Of a DNA stretch of 64,000 nucleotides, positions 37,723 to 51,257 are shown piece after piece. The DNA is from Octopus vulgaris (Eukaryota): NCBI GenBank assembly GCA_951406725.2, contig OX597816.1, positions 117,490,001 through 117,554,000 of the forward strand. The letters run 5' to 3'. The notes under the pieces were generated by a model that saw only the letters and a list, made by a program, of their open reading frames with translations, had not been told where the DNA came from and did not search any database. Position 1 is the stretch's first letter, and the number at the start of each line of letters is the position of its first letter. The position numbers were made by a program, and so were the translations under genes.

Positions 37723-38762
37723 ACAGTGCAAGAATATGGTACAAAATACAGGAAGAGAGAGTTTGTAAAACTCCTTTTTCTTATATTTTTCGCCCCCCCC
37801 CGCCAAACCCAGCTGATTATTTTATTCAAACTGAAGCCAGTTTTGTGCATTGGTGTACTATATATATATTTCTTTTAATTATCCCATCCAACATGTATCT
37901 CTTCCCCATCCGACTCTATGAAAATTACTACAGAAGACGAGAATTTATTTAACTAATTTCTATTAGATCTTTGCACCAGACATGTTTCTACTTACTGATG
38001 ATGCAATCTCTCTTATTTATTTTCTAATTCCGGCAATGACTTTGTTTTGAAATTGTGTTTTGAAACCCATCTTCAATATCTTTTCCTATAAGTACTGTAC
38101 TTTTCCTAATAATCTATTTCTTTAAAAAATCACGACTTCTCTAAACATAGCGCCTCACATAGTCATTTGTCATTCTCTTGAGAGCTCACCATCATCCGGA
38201 ACAAGAGCCACTGACTTAGTGAGCCTCTCATCATGTGTTGCGAATCTGTGCTTATCTGAGAATGTCTAATAACACTGAAACACATCTAGAGTTGTCTCTT
38301 GTACATGCAGAAGTGATTAAAATAACATTAACCATTGAATATTGCTTTTTTCATCATCACATAAGTATTTATAATTAGATATTTGATACTCCCTCCATTA
38401 AATATGTTGGCATTCGTTTAACTAATATATCGTTTGTCAACTTCAAAATTCCAACGTTTATACAATTTGCGCTATTACTCCCATGCACCCGAAAGTTAAT
38501 TACGCTTCTGCAACAAGTAATCATTTTATTATAAATTATAACTAGTGTAAAGAGGATTTTGTCAGTAACATGAGTGTGTGAGTGTGTGTGAATGCGTATT
38601 TGTGCGTATGTAAGTATGTGTATGTGTATATGTGTGTGAATGTATATGCATACACATATACATGCATACATATAAGGCATCATTCGAAAGCTAAAATAAT
38701 ACGAGGAGGCGCATTGTGACCAGCGGTGTGTAGTAATACCCAATAGTATGGTCGATACAGTG

Positions 38763-38803
<41 letters not shown>

Positions 38804-38804
38804 C

Positions 38805-39230
38805 TTTTATCTTTTGCTTGTTTCCCTCATTAGACTGCATTCATGCAAAAGCATCATCTTGAAGGATTTTAGTCGGGCGAATCGATCGCAGTACTGATTT
38901 TTAAAAAAGTATGCTACTTATTCTATCGGTCACTTTTGCAGAGCTGTTAAGTTATGGGGCTCTAAGCACACCAACACCGGTTGTCAAATGGTGATGGAGG
39001 TCAAATACAGACACAAAGACAGACAGGCACACACACACACAGACTCACACACACACATAAAAACACACACACACATACGACGGGCTTCTGTTAGCTTCCC
39101 ACTCACAAGGCTTTGGACGGCCCGAGGCTATACTATTAATAGAAGACACTTGCCCAAGGTGCTTGCTACGCTGTGGGACTGAACCCGAAACCATGTGGAT
39201 GGGAAACAAACTTCTCACCACACAGCCACA
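38805..39230 (-). mobile_element. SINE family A, full length
   Basis: Reverse complement of head (tgtggctgtgtggtgagaag) through 3' tail. Confidence 0.88.
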
Positions 39231-39825
39231 GATTTATTATTCTTTTACTGGTTTCGGTCATCAGATGCCCCCCCCCCCCCCGACTGGGATATCACCTTAA
39301 ATGTTTTAATCTATCACATTGGTCTCATCCATGTTTACAGTGACATACTTTATTTCATCCATATATATACAAACCCAGAATCACGCTAATAGCTTAGGAG
39401 TGAAATTTAGGATTTCTCGGTTTTCTGTGAATCGATTTTGATAAAACTTTTCCCAGCTGGTTTGCACACTATCGCAAAACCATTGCTTTCATTATTCTGT
39501 GTAACGTTCTTTCTTTTCTATTTCCGATTCTTTAGTTTTGGGGTGAACCACGCTAATAGCTTTTGAATGAAAATAGTCCATGTAAACATATTTTTTCAGA
39601 AAATGAAGGGTAACGATACATATTAAGCATACATTAAGCATACATATATTTAACAGAAAAACCACAATAATATAACATTTATTGACATAATGAATTATTT
39701 AGATAATCTGTGTGTGAGTGTGTGTATGTGTGTGCATGATTTAGTAACAACAGATATTATTTATGGAAACTGGAATTACTTCCAGACAAACATGAATTTG
39801 TTGAATATATATACAGATTGATGTA

Positions 39826-41454
39826 CAGTGGCGGCCAAAATATTCAGAACGACATTGTTTTCGCCAGAAAAGTAGATATAATTTTTTATCAAAGTTGTTT
39901 TATATTCTATAATTTTCACAGACAATAAATACAATATTATTTGTTATTGTCTGAGATTTTGGTGTAATTTGAGAGGATAATACAAAAGTTATGGATGATT
40001 TAGTGATTTACTGCAAAACCCATGGCGGCCAAAATGATCAGAACGGTTGCTTTTACTCCGTGTTTTAGTATATTTAACAGCGAACTCTAATGTTTTGAAT
40101 TTGTTTACGTGACGGTTCGTTTACTAAACATTAGTAAGAATATTTGCAGTGTACTTTGTTAATATAATGCCACTTACTTCGTTACCAATTCGTCAGCAGA
40201 TTATTAAGCTTCGAAGGAAGAATAATTTAAGTATTGGATCTATTGCAAAGATTATTAACAAGTCAAAAAGTGTTGTACACGGTATTCTTAAGGTCTACGA
40301 TGATTGTGGTTCGTGTGAAGCAAGAACGTTTACAGGTAGGCCATGAAAAACGACCAAGAGAGAAGATCGTGCTATGGTAAAGTTGGTTAAAAAGGACAGA
40401 TTTAAAACTGCTGCTGCTGTTTCTCGGAAAATGAGCATTGTATTGAAGAAAACTTTATCTCGAAAAACTGTGTCTCGTCGTTTAGTTGAACATGACCTAC
40501 AAGCAAGAGCACCTGCAGTGAAGCCACTGATCAGCTCCAAGAATAAAAAGTGTCGTCTTACCTTTGCAACCGAACATGTGTTGTGGTCTCAAGAAAAATG
40601 GCAAACGGTGCATTTCAGTGATGAATCTAAGTTTATTTTATTTGGCTCAAATGGGAAAAGGTACGTTCGTAGAAAAGTAGGTGAAAAATTGTCGCCTAAA
40701 TGCCTTAAGACTAGTGTTAAATTCGGTGGAGGAAGTGTCATGGTTTGGGGGATGATATCTGGAGATGGTGTGGGCCCTTTGGTGCGATTACATGGAAAGG
40801 TAAATGCAGGAGTTTATAAACAACTTGTAAAAGATCATGTCTTGCCTGTGCTGAGAAATTCAACTAAGCGACCACCCATATTCATGCAGGACAATGCCCC
40901 ATGTCACAAGGCTAAGGTGGTCATGAACTTCCTCAAGGCTGAAAAGGTTATTGTTATGGATTGGCCTGCTCAAAGCCCAGATCTCAATCCTATTGAAAAT
41001 GTATGGAATATTCTAGGAGAACGTTCGAAAGCCAGAAATCCTAAAACAACTGAGCAATTATGGAATGCCCTTCAGGAAGAATGGAATAAGATCACCCAGC
41101 AAGAAATTGAAAATTTAATTTCCTCATGCAGTCGAAGATGTCAGAGTGTGATTGAAGCTAAAGGGCTTCACACTAAATATTAAATATTTCCAGTATTCTC
41201 TGTCATTTTTGATTATTTTGTTATTTTTTTCAACCGTTCTGATCATTTTGGCCGCCATGGGTTTTGCAGTAAATCACTAAATCACCCATAACTTTTGTAT
41301 TATCCTCTCAAATTACACCAAAATCTCAGACAATAACAACTAATATTGTATTTATTGTTTGTGAAAATTATAGAATATAAAACTACTTTGATAAAAACTT
41401 ATACTTATTTTTCTGACGAAAACAATGCCGTTCTGAACATTTTGGCCGCAACTG
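39826..41454 (+). mobile_element. Tc1 DNA transposon of IR/DR type, 1629 bp, 224-bp TIRs, TA TSD
   Basis: TIRs 39826-40049 and 41231-41454, each carrying two copies of ggcggccaaaat..tcagaacg; TA at 39824-39825 and 41455-41456. Confidence 0.97.
40167..41183 (+). pseudogene. Tc1 DD34E transposase with one premature stop (TGA at 40344-40346)
   Basis: ORFs 40149..40346 and 40374..41183 are in frame; GRP*KTT; FSDES / QDNAPCH / PDLNPIE with 34 residues between D and E. Confidence 0.95.
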
Positions 41455-42250
41455 TATACATAAACCCCGCCCGAGAAACTAAAAACAAGAGCAAAGTTTA
41501 TGTACCATTCCAAAAACCGGTACTCTTTTAATCTGGTTGCAACAAAACAAAAACTATTAGACACGCTTGATTAAATACCCTCTTAATCACAGCACTCTAT
41601 CTAAAGAGTAATTCAACAGTACATTTTGGTCGTTCACACAAGTTCATAGCAGATGGCTACAACTTCCTGCACCAATACTGTAACATTAATGTATTTTTAT
41701 ACTGAAAAAAATTGTGCATATTTTTAATGCTTGTTCTTCAAAGATAGCTTCTTGAATTTCTAGAATTTCGTTTGACAGTAATTTCTCTTAGTCACTGCGT
41801 TCTATAATAACAGTCAACGAACCAACAGTAAATTTTCGGTTGTTCACACAGCAGCTGCAATTTCATCGTATAAACATACCGATAATAAAGTCAGGTTATT
41901 CTGTACCCTCAAAAGTTCAGCACCACATGTACAGAACTCCGAGAGAACACGTTAAGAAATATGATAAGTTAAAAGACAGAAAAAAAACTAATGCAAAACA
42001 AGAACACGGATTGCAGTTTTAACGAAATGTGATAATCCCTTGTGAGTAACGCTTTTTACCATTTACCTAATATACTCACACCTGTTGGTAATAGATGTCA
42101 GTAACTTCTGGTATGGGTGCCAATATTGGAACAGCAAGACATTTTTACACGCAAGGAATTGTGGAATATTTTTCATATTTTTCCTACTCTTTAAAGACAG
42201 CGCATGTCAGTGTACGGTAAAGCCCCTTGGGAGACGATGGAAAACTTTAT

Positions 42251-42634
42251 GGAAACACTCCGTCGGTTACGACGATGAGGGTTCCGGTTGATCCGAATCA
42301 ACGGAACAGCCTGCTCGTGAAATTAACGTGTAAGTGGCTGAGCACTCCACAGACACGTGCACCCTTAACGTAGTTCTCGGGGATATTCAGCGTGACACAG
42401 AGTGACAAGGCCGGCCCCTTGAAATACAGGTACAACAGAAACAGGAAGTAAGAGTGAGAGAAAGTTGTGGTGAAAGAGTACAGCAGGGATCGCCACCATC
42501 CCCTGCCGGAGCCTCGTGGAGCTTTTTAGGTGTTTTCGCTCAATAAACACTCACAAAGCCCGGTCTGGGAATCGAAACCGCGATCCTATGACCGCGAGTC
42601 CGCTGCCCTAACCACTGGGCCATTGCGCCTCCAC
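42251..42634 (-). mobile_element. tRNA-derived SINE family C, young-looking, 12-bp TSD
   Basis: A box tggcccagtgg, B box ggtttcgattcc; TSD ggaaaactttat at 42239-42250 and 42635-42646; CpGs retained. Confidence 0.93.
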
Positions 42635-42844
42635 GGAAAACTTTATATGGGTACTAAGAATAAATGAATATAGTAGAGGGAGGGAGTCAACTTTTCTTTA
42701 AAATCTTAAAAAAATTCTTTCAATTTTTATTCCATGCACAAATTGTTTCGTAATATTGATTTCAAATTTTTGGCACCAGGCCAACAGTATCAGGGGAGAG
42801 GACAAGTCGCCTCGACCTGTCTGCTCATATGAGTGGTTGATACT

Positions 42845-43240
42845 AAGGCGGCAAGCTGGCAGAATTGTTAGCACGCTGAGCAAAATGCTTAGCGGGATTT
42901 CGACTGCCGTTACGTTCTGAGTTCAACTTCCGCCGAGGTCGACTTTGCCTTTCATCCTTTCGGGGTCGATTAATTAAGTACCAGTTACGTACTGGGGTCG
43001 ATATAATCAAGTATCCGTTTGTCTGTCCTTGTTTGTCCTCTCTGTGTTTAGCCCCTTGTGGGTAGTAAAGAAATATGTATTTCATCCGTCTTTACGTTCT
43101 GAGTTCAAATTATGCCGAGGTCGAATTTACCATTCATCCTTTCGGGGTCGATAAAATAAGTACAAGTTGAACACTAGGGCCTATTTAATCGACTTATTCT
43201 CTCCCCCAATTTCACTGATCTTGTGCTAGAATTTGAAATC
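42845..43240 (+). mobile_element. SINE family B, dimeric form
   Basis: Head + body + alternative tail (ccgtttgtctgtccttg...gtgggtagtaaagaaata) + second body. Confidence 0.9.
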
Positions 43241-43624
43241 AATATTCATGGCACGATAATGTGTGCGTGTGTGTGTGTGTGTATGTGAGAGTGATATAGT
43301 TTGCACGAAGCATTGTCTAATATTCATAAGCGTTTTTAATTTTTTAAAGCTAAATAATACAAGTTATAAGAAATAATATAAGTTGATACAATATTTTAGG
43401 GTTGACCCTTATTCAAGAATATTCTGGGATAGGGTATTGTGAGCTGACTTCTCTTTAAAACATGTGTGTGTGTGTACGATTCCAAGACTGATTGAAAGAA
43501 GTTATCCTCAAACTGGAGACTTAGCCCGAATGGTTGCTTGTAACAATGTGGTCTCCGATTAAGACATCCAGGAGACCGGCTGTGTGTTAAACAGGACGAT
43601 GGATGAAGCCTTTCTCCCAAATAC

Positions 43625-43664
43625 ATGAACGGTACTTCGGAGAGGCTTCCACACAGTTTTCGTC

Positions 43665-43732
<68 letters not shown>

Positions 43733-43866
43733 TTGACTCACAAACTTTGGTTAACTGAAGGATATGCTGGGAAACTCTTCTCCACGGGACCGCATTATGG
43801 AATCGAACCTGAAACCACAGAGTTGCAAAGCAATTTTTTTAATCGTACAGCCATATCTACACCCAT
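43625..43866 (-). mobile_element. SINE family A 5' half, degenerate, split by (CA)n
   Basis: ggcttccacacagtttt...aatcgaacctgaaaccaca...cagccatatctac. Confidence 0.6.
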
Positions 43867-44570
43867 ATAAACAATTGTCTGGCGAACAGTACGGGGTTAT
43901 AAAAATTATTGAAATGAAATCACCTTACTATTCAAATAGTACAAATGATTTAATAACATAGAATAATAACCGCTTTTTTGGAAGCCAATAACTAACACAT
44001 GGAATATATTAAATACTGCGAAAATTCATTTAGAGCAAATAAGTTTTCTCAAACAAATTCCTAATCTATGGTTTACTGTGATGTATAATATCGTAATAAA
44101 CTATGTAATACTACGCTATTTGCTCACCTCTTCCGAACATCTCACCGGATTCATAAATATAATTACAAACAAACAAACAAACAATGTTGTTTTTTTTTCC
44201 TCCAACATCATTTTGTGTAAACAGCTTGTGCAAGTGATATCTTATTCCATCGTTTATTCATAGAGAAGCAACCCAGAAATATACCAATGGTAAACGTCAC
44301 CTGCTCTGCCAAAAGACAAGCTATGTACCCAGGAATAGATTTCAAATCTCGCTCTTACTTTCAATTTAACAATCTGTTATAGCAGGTAAAACATATTACG
44401 CAGTTAAAAAGATTGTGTAGTTTAGTATATTGATATGTATTATACGATTCTAACAAAGGAAATTTTAGCGATTCATTCAGGTCACTTAAACAGTAAAATG
44501 AAAGCATAGCAATAGATTTTCGAGTGAAAAAATGCTCTGAGCTTAACCCTTTCTCCTGGCGCGCGCACGC

Positions 44571-44606
<36 letters not shown>

Positions 44607-45339
44607 TCTCTCTCTCTCTCTCTCATGCACACACACGTATAGATAAGCTTAAGTTTACAATTCTATTCATATAGATATAATATACACCGAGAAGCAGATA
44701 CATAAACATAGTAACACTTATGGAAGAACGTATATATGTATGATATAGATACAATATATACACGCTTTTCAATGCAATGCTAGCGTGATTATTGGCATTC
44801 CTTTTCTCCGCGGAATCCTAAAAATTAAAATCTTTGTGCTAGAATCTACTACTCTATTTTGCTGCTGTGATTTGAAGGAGAGTAACTGGCAAAGATCAAC
44901 GTCTAGTAGCAGGTGGTTAAAATTAACTACCTTGCTCAGCATCACAAAGCACAGTTTGGAATGAGGTACGAACTCCGAAACTTCAACCAAGATTGCTGAG
45001 ATTTTGTTATTAGTATTACTGCTTAACACTCAACGCAAACCCAATCGAGTAGGCTGTACTGTATTTTAGAATGTATCTATAGATTTTTAACTAACACTGT
45101 AAAGACAGATGTAAACACATTGTCTCTATTTAATATCTCCATGGGCTGTAAAAGAGGTATCAGCCAGTCTAGTTTCAATCCTGTGTTGGGATTTCACCAA
45201 CAGCCAAGTAGATTCTCAAATACCCCGCGTAAACACGGTTTATAATCTTACTTTTACTAAAGGATAGATCGATTAATTTGTATATATATAATGCATTCTT
45301 GGCACTTAGTTTAATAGATAACTGGTGTTAAACCAATAT

Positions 45340-47185
45340 ATGTACTTGAAACAGTAATCCTAATAATCAGGGAATGTGTAATTAAGAGCCTAGGTTGTAT
45401 TTGTGCAGTACTCCTAAATGATGCTAAGAGGAGTTATGGGATTGAGGCAAAGTTGAAATAATGAATAACTTCTTTGGCAACTACGGTTTGTAGTAAAGTT
45501 TAAGATATGGTGTGACCAGCATGGTTTTTTTGTCAAGACTCTTATGGTCTCTCCAAATACAATTGTCAAGAGTGATGAGGATGGAAATGTGTTTGTAGGT
45601 TCCTCTTGTATGAACCTATTTCTTTACTACCCACAAGGGGCTAAACACAGAGGAGACAAACAAGGACAGAGGGACGCATTAAGTCGATTATATCGACCCC
45701 AGTACGTAACTGGTACTTAATTTATCGACCCCGAAAGGATGAAAGGCAAAGTCGACCTCGGTGGAATTTGAACTCAGAACGTAACGGCAGACGAAATTCC
45801 TACTTCTTTACTTCCCACAAGGAGCTAAACATAGAGGACACACAAGGACAGACCAACGGATTAAGTGGATTACATCGACCCCATTACGTAACAGGTACTT
45901 AATTTATCGACCACGAAAGGATGAAAGGCAAAGTCGACCTCGGCGGAATTTGAACTCAGAACGTAACGGCAGACGAAATACGGCTACGCATTTCGCCCGG
46001 CGGGCTAAAGATTGTGCCAGCTCGTCGCCTTTCCTCTTGTATGAACCTACTAACACAAACAATTCGTCATAGTAATGAGGAAAAATGACCAATTAAGATC
46101 GTAGAGTTAGGAAGTTAATACGCAAGGGTAATATATCCGATAAGTGAATAAAGTTATCGAGTAACATCTTATGGAAAATAGAACCAGATAAGATGCGATT
46201 TCTCTTGAAAGTAGTGCTTGATGTGCTTCTTACTTCGGCCAATGGCAAATGCTGGATTGGAGCGACACTGCTCAGTGTCATCAGTACAGATGTTATGCAT
46301 CATTGGAAAATGTTCTGGCAGCATTTGACTTCGATTTCTAGCAGTTCAACCAACTTGTTAGTCATCCCTTGAAGAGTATAGCTGGTGACGTAACAAGTCC
46401 TGGTTATATTTGCCGATGCACTGAAACAAAACTTTAGCAGTACCGATGTAATGAGAATCAACACTTTTTTTTTATACAAGAAGGATGAGAAAGGACACTG
46501 CAAAAGTGTAAACAAAGGAAAAATGTCAACCAGATTTCTGCTTGATACTAATGACTGGAAAATGGATTTGAAAGGAGCGTTCGTATTCCCAGGCAATATC
46601 GCAGTATTGATGCACTGTCCTGACCTTTTGATCTGGTCTGATTTATCAAAAGACTTCTGATTGTTGAGTTGACGATACATTTGGAAAAAAATATGGAGTT
46701 GTCTTATGAAAAAAGAACCTAAAATATATAGGATTCAGAGAAACACACGAGCCACGAAGATGGCAGTTTTCAGAGCTTTCAGTAGAGAAAAAAGGATCTT
46801 GGGAGTTTGTGGTTACATCATAATTGACTGGCTTTGGACTTAGGAAGGACAGTAAAACAGTAATTTGTGATCTGGAGAAAGAAGCAGAAGATGATTCCTC
46901 GCAAAAATGCCAGTTGTGTGTAAGAGATAGACTAACGATGAGAGCAAAGTACAAATTCTTGGTGTGTAGTAAAAAATATAGCAGCTGCAAGGCTTCTGGA
47001 AGGTTGCTGCAGAAAGCGGTTAGAGCTGTATGTAGTTTGTTGTGGTGTCTGCATGGATTACTTGTGGGAAACGTACTATAGTGAGGGCCAAAAGAACTCT
47101 TTTGCTGCTCGAACCCTCTAGGAGCGATACAGTCGGAAGGTGTCGAAATTATTGTGATTTCAGCCGGAAGCTGATGAAGGAAGTG
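45340..47185 (+). mobile_element. Decayed RLE-type non-LTR retrotransposon (HERO/NeSL-like), 3' part
   Basis: Relic peptides IKSLG; KFKIWC.QHG..SRLLWSL; ILWKIEPDKMRFLLKVVLDVL; YSW*RN; PDLLIWS...IVELT (PD-(D/E)xK-type endonuclease motif). Confidence 0.7.
45619..46030 (-). mobile_element. SINE family B dimer, 19-bp TSD
   Basis: TSD ttcctcttgtatgaaccta at 45600-45618 and 46031-46049. Confidence 0.93.
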
Positions 47186-47663
47186 TTCCGTCGTGTAAAT
47201 TATTTATAAATAATTATAAATATATGTGAGTGTTAAGGAGAGTGGCGGAGTACAGACATCACCTCTCAGAGTAAACTTGGAATATAGTGTGGACGGCCGG
47301 GATAGGTTAGACATGGAAAATGGGGGATATGTGTTTCAGAGAGGTTTCTATGTTAATACTAGTGTGTGGCCTGGGGTTAAGTTGGTTGACAATGCACGGG
47401 CATAGAAGAAATATAATTTTACACTTATACACACACGTGCGCGCGCGCAATTGTTTTTTTTATGCTGAGTTAATTATTTTTCTGAATGGTGTAATAGGTA
47501 ATTACAATTACGAGATAGAATATATACTTTGTTTATAATCTGATGAATTAATACATGACTTCTGGTACAGCGAAGCTGAAGGAAAACAAAACATGATTGC
47601 TTTTCTTATTCTCTTTGTTTCCATGCTCATAATTAATTTTGCTGGAGAGTCTACTACTTAACC

Positions 47664-47911
<248 letters not shown>

Positions 47912-47913
<2 letters not shown>

Positions 47914-48328
47914 CACCCATCCACCTACTTCTCTTTCACTTTCTCGCTTTATCTTCTCCCCCCTCTTTATCTATCTGTCTGCTAGTGTGTCCATCCATTA
48001 ATCTACCCACCTATTTATCTCTTTTTTGTCTCTCTTTCGCGCTATCCTTTCATTCATTTATCTACCTTTCCCACTTTCTCGTTTTTTGCCTACCTACCCA
48101 CGTCTTGCTGTCTCTCTCTTCTCTTTCTCTCTAGCTAGCTAGTTATTCACCCACCTATCTACCTACTCCTCTCTCACTTTCTCGCTTTATCCTCTCCCCG
48201 CTCCCTGTCTGTCTTCTGCCAGTGTGTCCATCCATTAACCTACCCACATATTGATCTCTTTTTTGTCTCTTTCGCTCTATCCTTTCATTCATTTACCTAC
48301 TTTTCTCACTTTCTCGTTTTTTGTCTAT
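47912..48328 (+). repeat. Diverged tandem duplication of an ~180-bp pyrimidine-rich unit
   Basis: cactttctcgctttatc...agtgtgtccatccattaa...ctatcctttcattcattta occurs at 47912-48092 and 48147-48328. Confidence 0.85.
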
Positions 48329-48437
48329 CAGTCAATCAATCAAAGGTGGAGATTTTAAGAAACCGACGGAAAATATTTCCTGAATGATGTGACTATAGAA
48401 AATAATAATTGTGCGTGCCTTTACGGTGCTAAATATT

Positions 48438-48954
48438 CTGTTCCACTTTAGGTACTAGGCCCGAAATTTTTAGGGAAGGGCCAGTCGATTAGATCAACCC
48501 CAGTACGCAACTGGTACGTAATTTATCGATCCCTAAAGGATGAAAGGCTAAGTCGACCGCGGTGGAATTTGAACTCAGAACATAAAGACAGACGAAATAC
48601 CTATTTCTTTACTACCCACAAGGGGCTAAACACAGAGAGGACAAACAAGGACAGACAAACGGATTAAGTCGATTATATCGACCCCAGTGCGTAACTGGTA
48701 CTTAATTTATCGACCCCGAAAGGATGAAAAGCAAAGTCGACCTCAGCGGAATTTGAACTCAGAACGTAACGGCAGACGAAATACCGCTAAACCTTTTGCC
48801 CGGCGTGTTAATGTTTCTGCCAGCTCACCGCCTTTCTAAAATAATTATTTCTATTTTGGGCACAAAGCCTTGAACATTTTTCGACCCCGAAAGGATGAAA
48901 GGCAAAGTTGACCTCGGCGGAATTTGAACTCAGAACGTAGCAGCAGACGATTAA
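48438..48954 (-). mobile_element. SINE family B composite (dimer plus truncated copy) inside one 13-bp TSD
   Basis: ggtgctaaatatt at 48425-48437 and 48955-48967. Confidence 0.88.
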
Positions 48955-50076
48955 GGTGCTAAATATTGAATGCTGAAATGTTTACTTATATTTATTTAAC
49001 TTTGTTGATAAACTGAAAAATATATAGTACGAAAGACCCCCACTTCATTTGAAATATTAGTCTCCACTTCATTTCTTGGTGCAACAATGTACAGCTCTTC
49101 AATTCTTTTTACTTTCAACCCGACCAAGTTAGTGAATATCCTCGAATATTCACATATAGTTAATTTTCGACTTCGTACCGCAAGGATACGTTGCTAGAAA
49201 TGTGAAATTTACCGAAAATTACATAACTAGGATTGCAAAGAACCTTATACTACATTGATTCTAATTTCTCAATGAACTATATACCTCTGTACTTGAATAC
49301 ACTGTTTTGGATATAGTCCAAATGTTTAATCATTATGAGCACTACGTTTCAACGAGAAACCACAATAAAATATTAATAGTGTATTAATGATCATTATTTT
49401 TGTTAATGATAACGATTATTAAAAAGTAACGAGCATGATGTCCAGAGTTGTGTACTGTACGTGTTGACATAGGCAAACAAATAAACAAAAGTGTTTGGGT
49501 TCGAGGAACATCCGGCAATTTCAGAGTTGTTATTGTAACAAAGGACAAAAATGAACAAATGAAATACAAACACGATGTAGAAAGCTTAATCGATCTGTTG
49601 TGTAGCTTAAGTCGAATTTGATCTTTTCCAATAAGAGTCAAATTACGAAACAAAACAAGTGATTTACGCAATCTTTGACACGAAAACTTTAAAGTATTGA
49701 TTCGTGACTCTGTTGAGTATTTCTGCAACACTGCAGCTTTAACTCACAAACGGATGTGCATAATTAAGTAAAATAGAATTAGATATTTAATTGAATATTG
49801 ACTTCAACCAATGGTTCTGTATTCGAGGGAACCGAAAATTTACTCAATATTTAGATCTCATTCACTTTCTTAATTCCCGAAGCAATTCTCACAAGACGTG
49901 GTTAGACTTAGATTTTTTTCATAAAGTTGTCAGTCAGTCTGTAGAAAATCTTAGAACATAGTAATCAGTAATGTATTAAATGATTTACAATTCGTAGGCT
50001 ACATTTTATCTCCCTCGTCGTCTTTCTGAACATTATTAAAAAGGATTTTCTAACATTCGTACACCGTGTACATTTT

Positions 50077-50138
<62 letters not shown>

Positions 50139-50166
50139 TCGATTAAGTCTACCCGAGTACGCGACT

Positions 50167-50320
50167 GTGGAGGCGTTTGGTCTAGTGCTTAGAATGTTGG
50201 CCTCATGATCTTAGGTTGTATGTTCAATTCTTGGACTGGGTGGTGCGTTGTGTACTGGAGTAAGGCATTTCATTTTGCATGGCTTCAGTCTACTCAGGTG
50301 AAAAGTGAGTAGCACCGTGA
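50167..50320 (+). mobile_element. SINE family D
   Basis: gtggaggcg.ttggtctagtg...gttcaattc...ggtgcgttgtgt...gcatttcattt. Confidence 0.75.
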
Positions 50321-51257
50321 TAGTGCAGCCCTCTTTCATTCCTGTTGTCGCATCTTCGATGTTCCGTTGGGTTATGGTTGAGAGAACGCAGAGGTTGTAT
50401 ATGTCTGCTCCGACTACATAGGCATCAAAACAATAATGAAAGTATTGTACAAGCTTCTAAGTCATACTTGCATGCAAGTGTCGACTATACAGCTTTTTAG
50501 TATTTGGCTGGTAGGGCCACATTCGTGGTTTTAAATTACAATATAAAGGGAAACAACAGAAATGTGATAAGGCATTCTTATCCGGTGTACTTCTGATTCT
50601 GCTAGCTATTAGCACCGCAATATTAAAACTAGCCATAAAAGACAACAAAGTAACAATAATAAATGGCATATAAATAAACAAGTATAAGCGTGAATTTAGG
50701 AAACTAGAGAAAAATGCTAAAATTAAAATTTATTTCATAAGTATTATTTAATAATTTGAGCCAAACTATTTGAATATTGGAAATAGAAGCCATTTTAAGA
50801 CGCCCAAGGAAATAAAAAATAATACGAGTATATATGTGACAAATATCAGATTATATTTTCGGGAACAAAATGAAGTTTCGTTTTTACATTTAATTCGAAA
50901 CCATTCAAAATTACTCCTACAAATGTAGAATTTACGAAGAAGTAAATTATCAACAAAATTCGTTTTCGTGAATTGTTGGATTGTATAAACAAAGATTAAA
51001 TTAAATTAACTCAACGCGAAAGAACATTTTGTGGCTATATTTTTATTTGAATATCAGTTGCCAAGGTTAATGATACTGTTATAACAAATAGTTTCGTAAT
51101 AATTACCCTGGCAATCAATACAATCTGATACTAAATATGTCAACAGAAACCATCCGACATGGAACACTGTACGTGATTTATCGAACTGCCAGAAATAGCA
51201 GCTAAATCTCCTTAAAACCACACCCTGCAACCTTAGCTCGTGCTATTTTAAACTTTT

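Noticed and set aside
39355-39620. Helitron-like start and repeated acgctaatagctt
   Set aside because: No 3' hairpin or CTRR end identified
42560-42634. tRNA-like sequences at SINE heads
   Set aside because: They continue into SINE bodies and lack a complete acceptor stem; not called as tRNA genes
45619-46030. Regularly repeated units suggestive of a CRISPR array
   Set aside because: Eukaryotic SINE multimer; no unique spacers or cas genes
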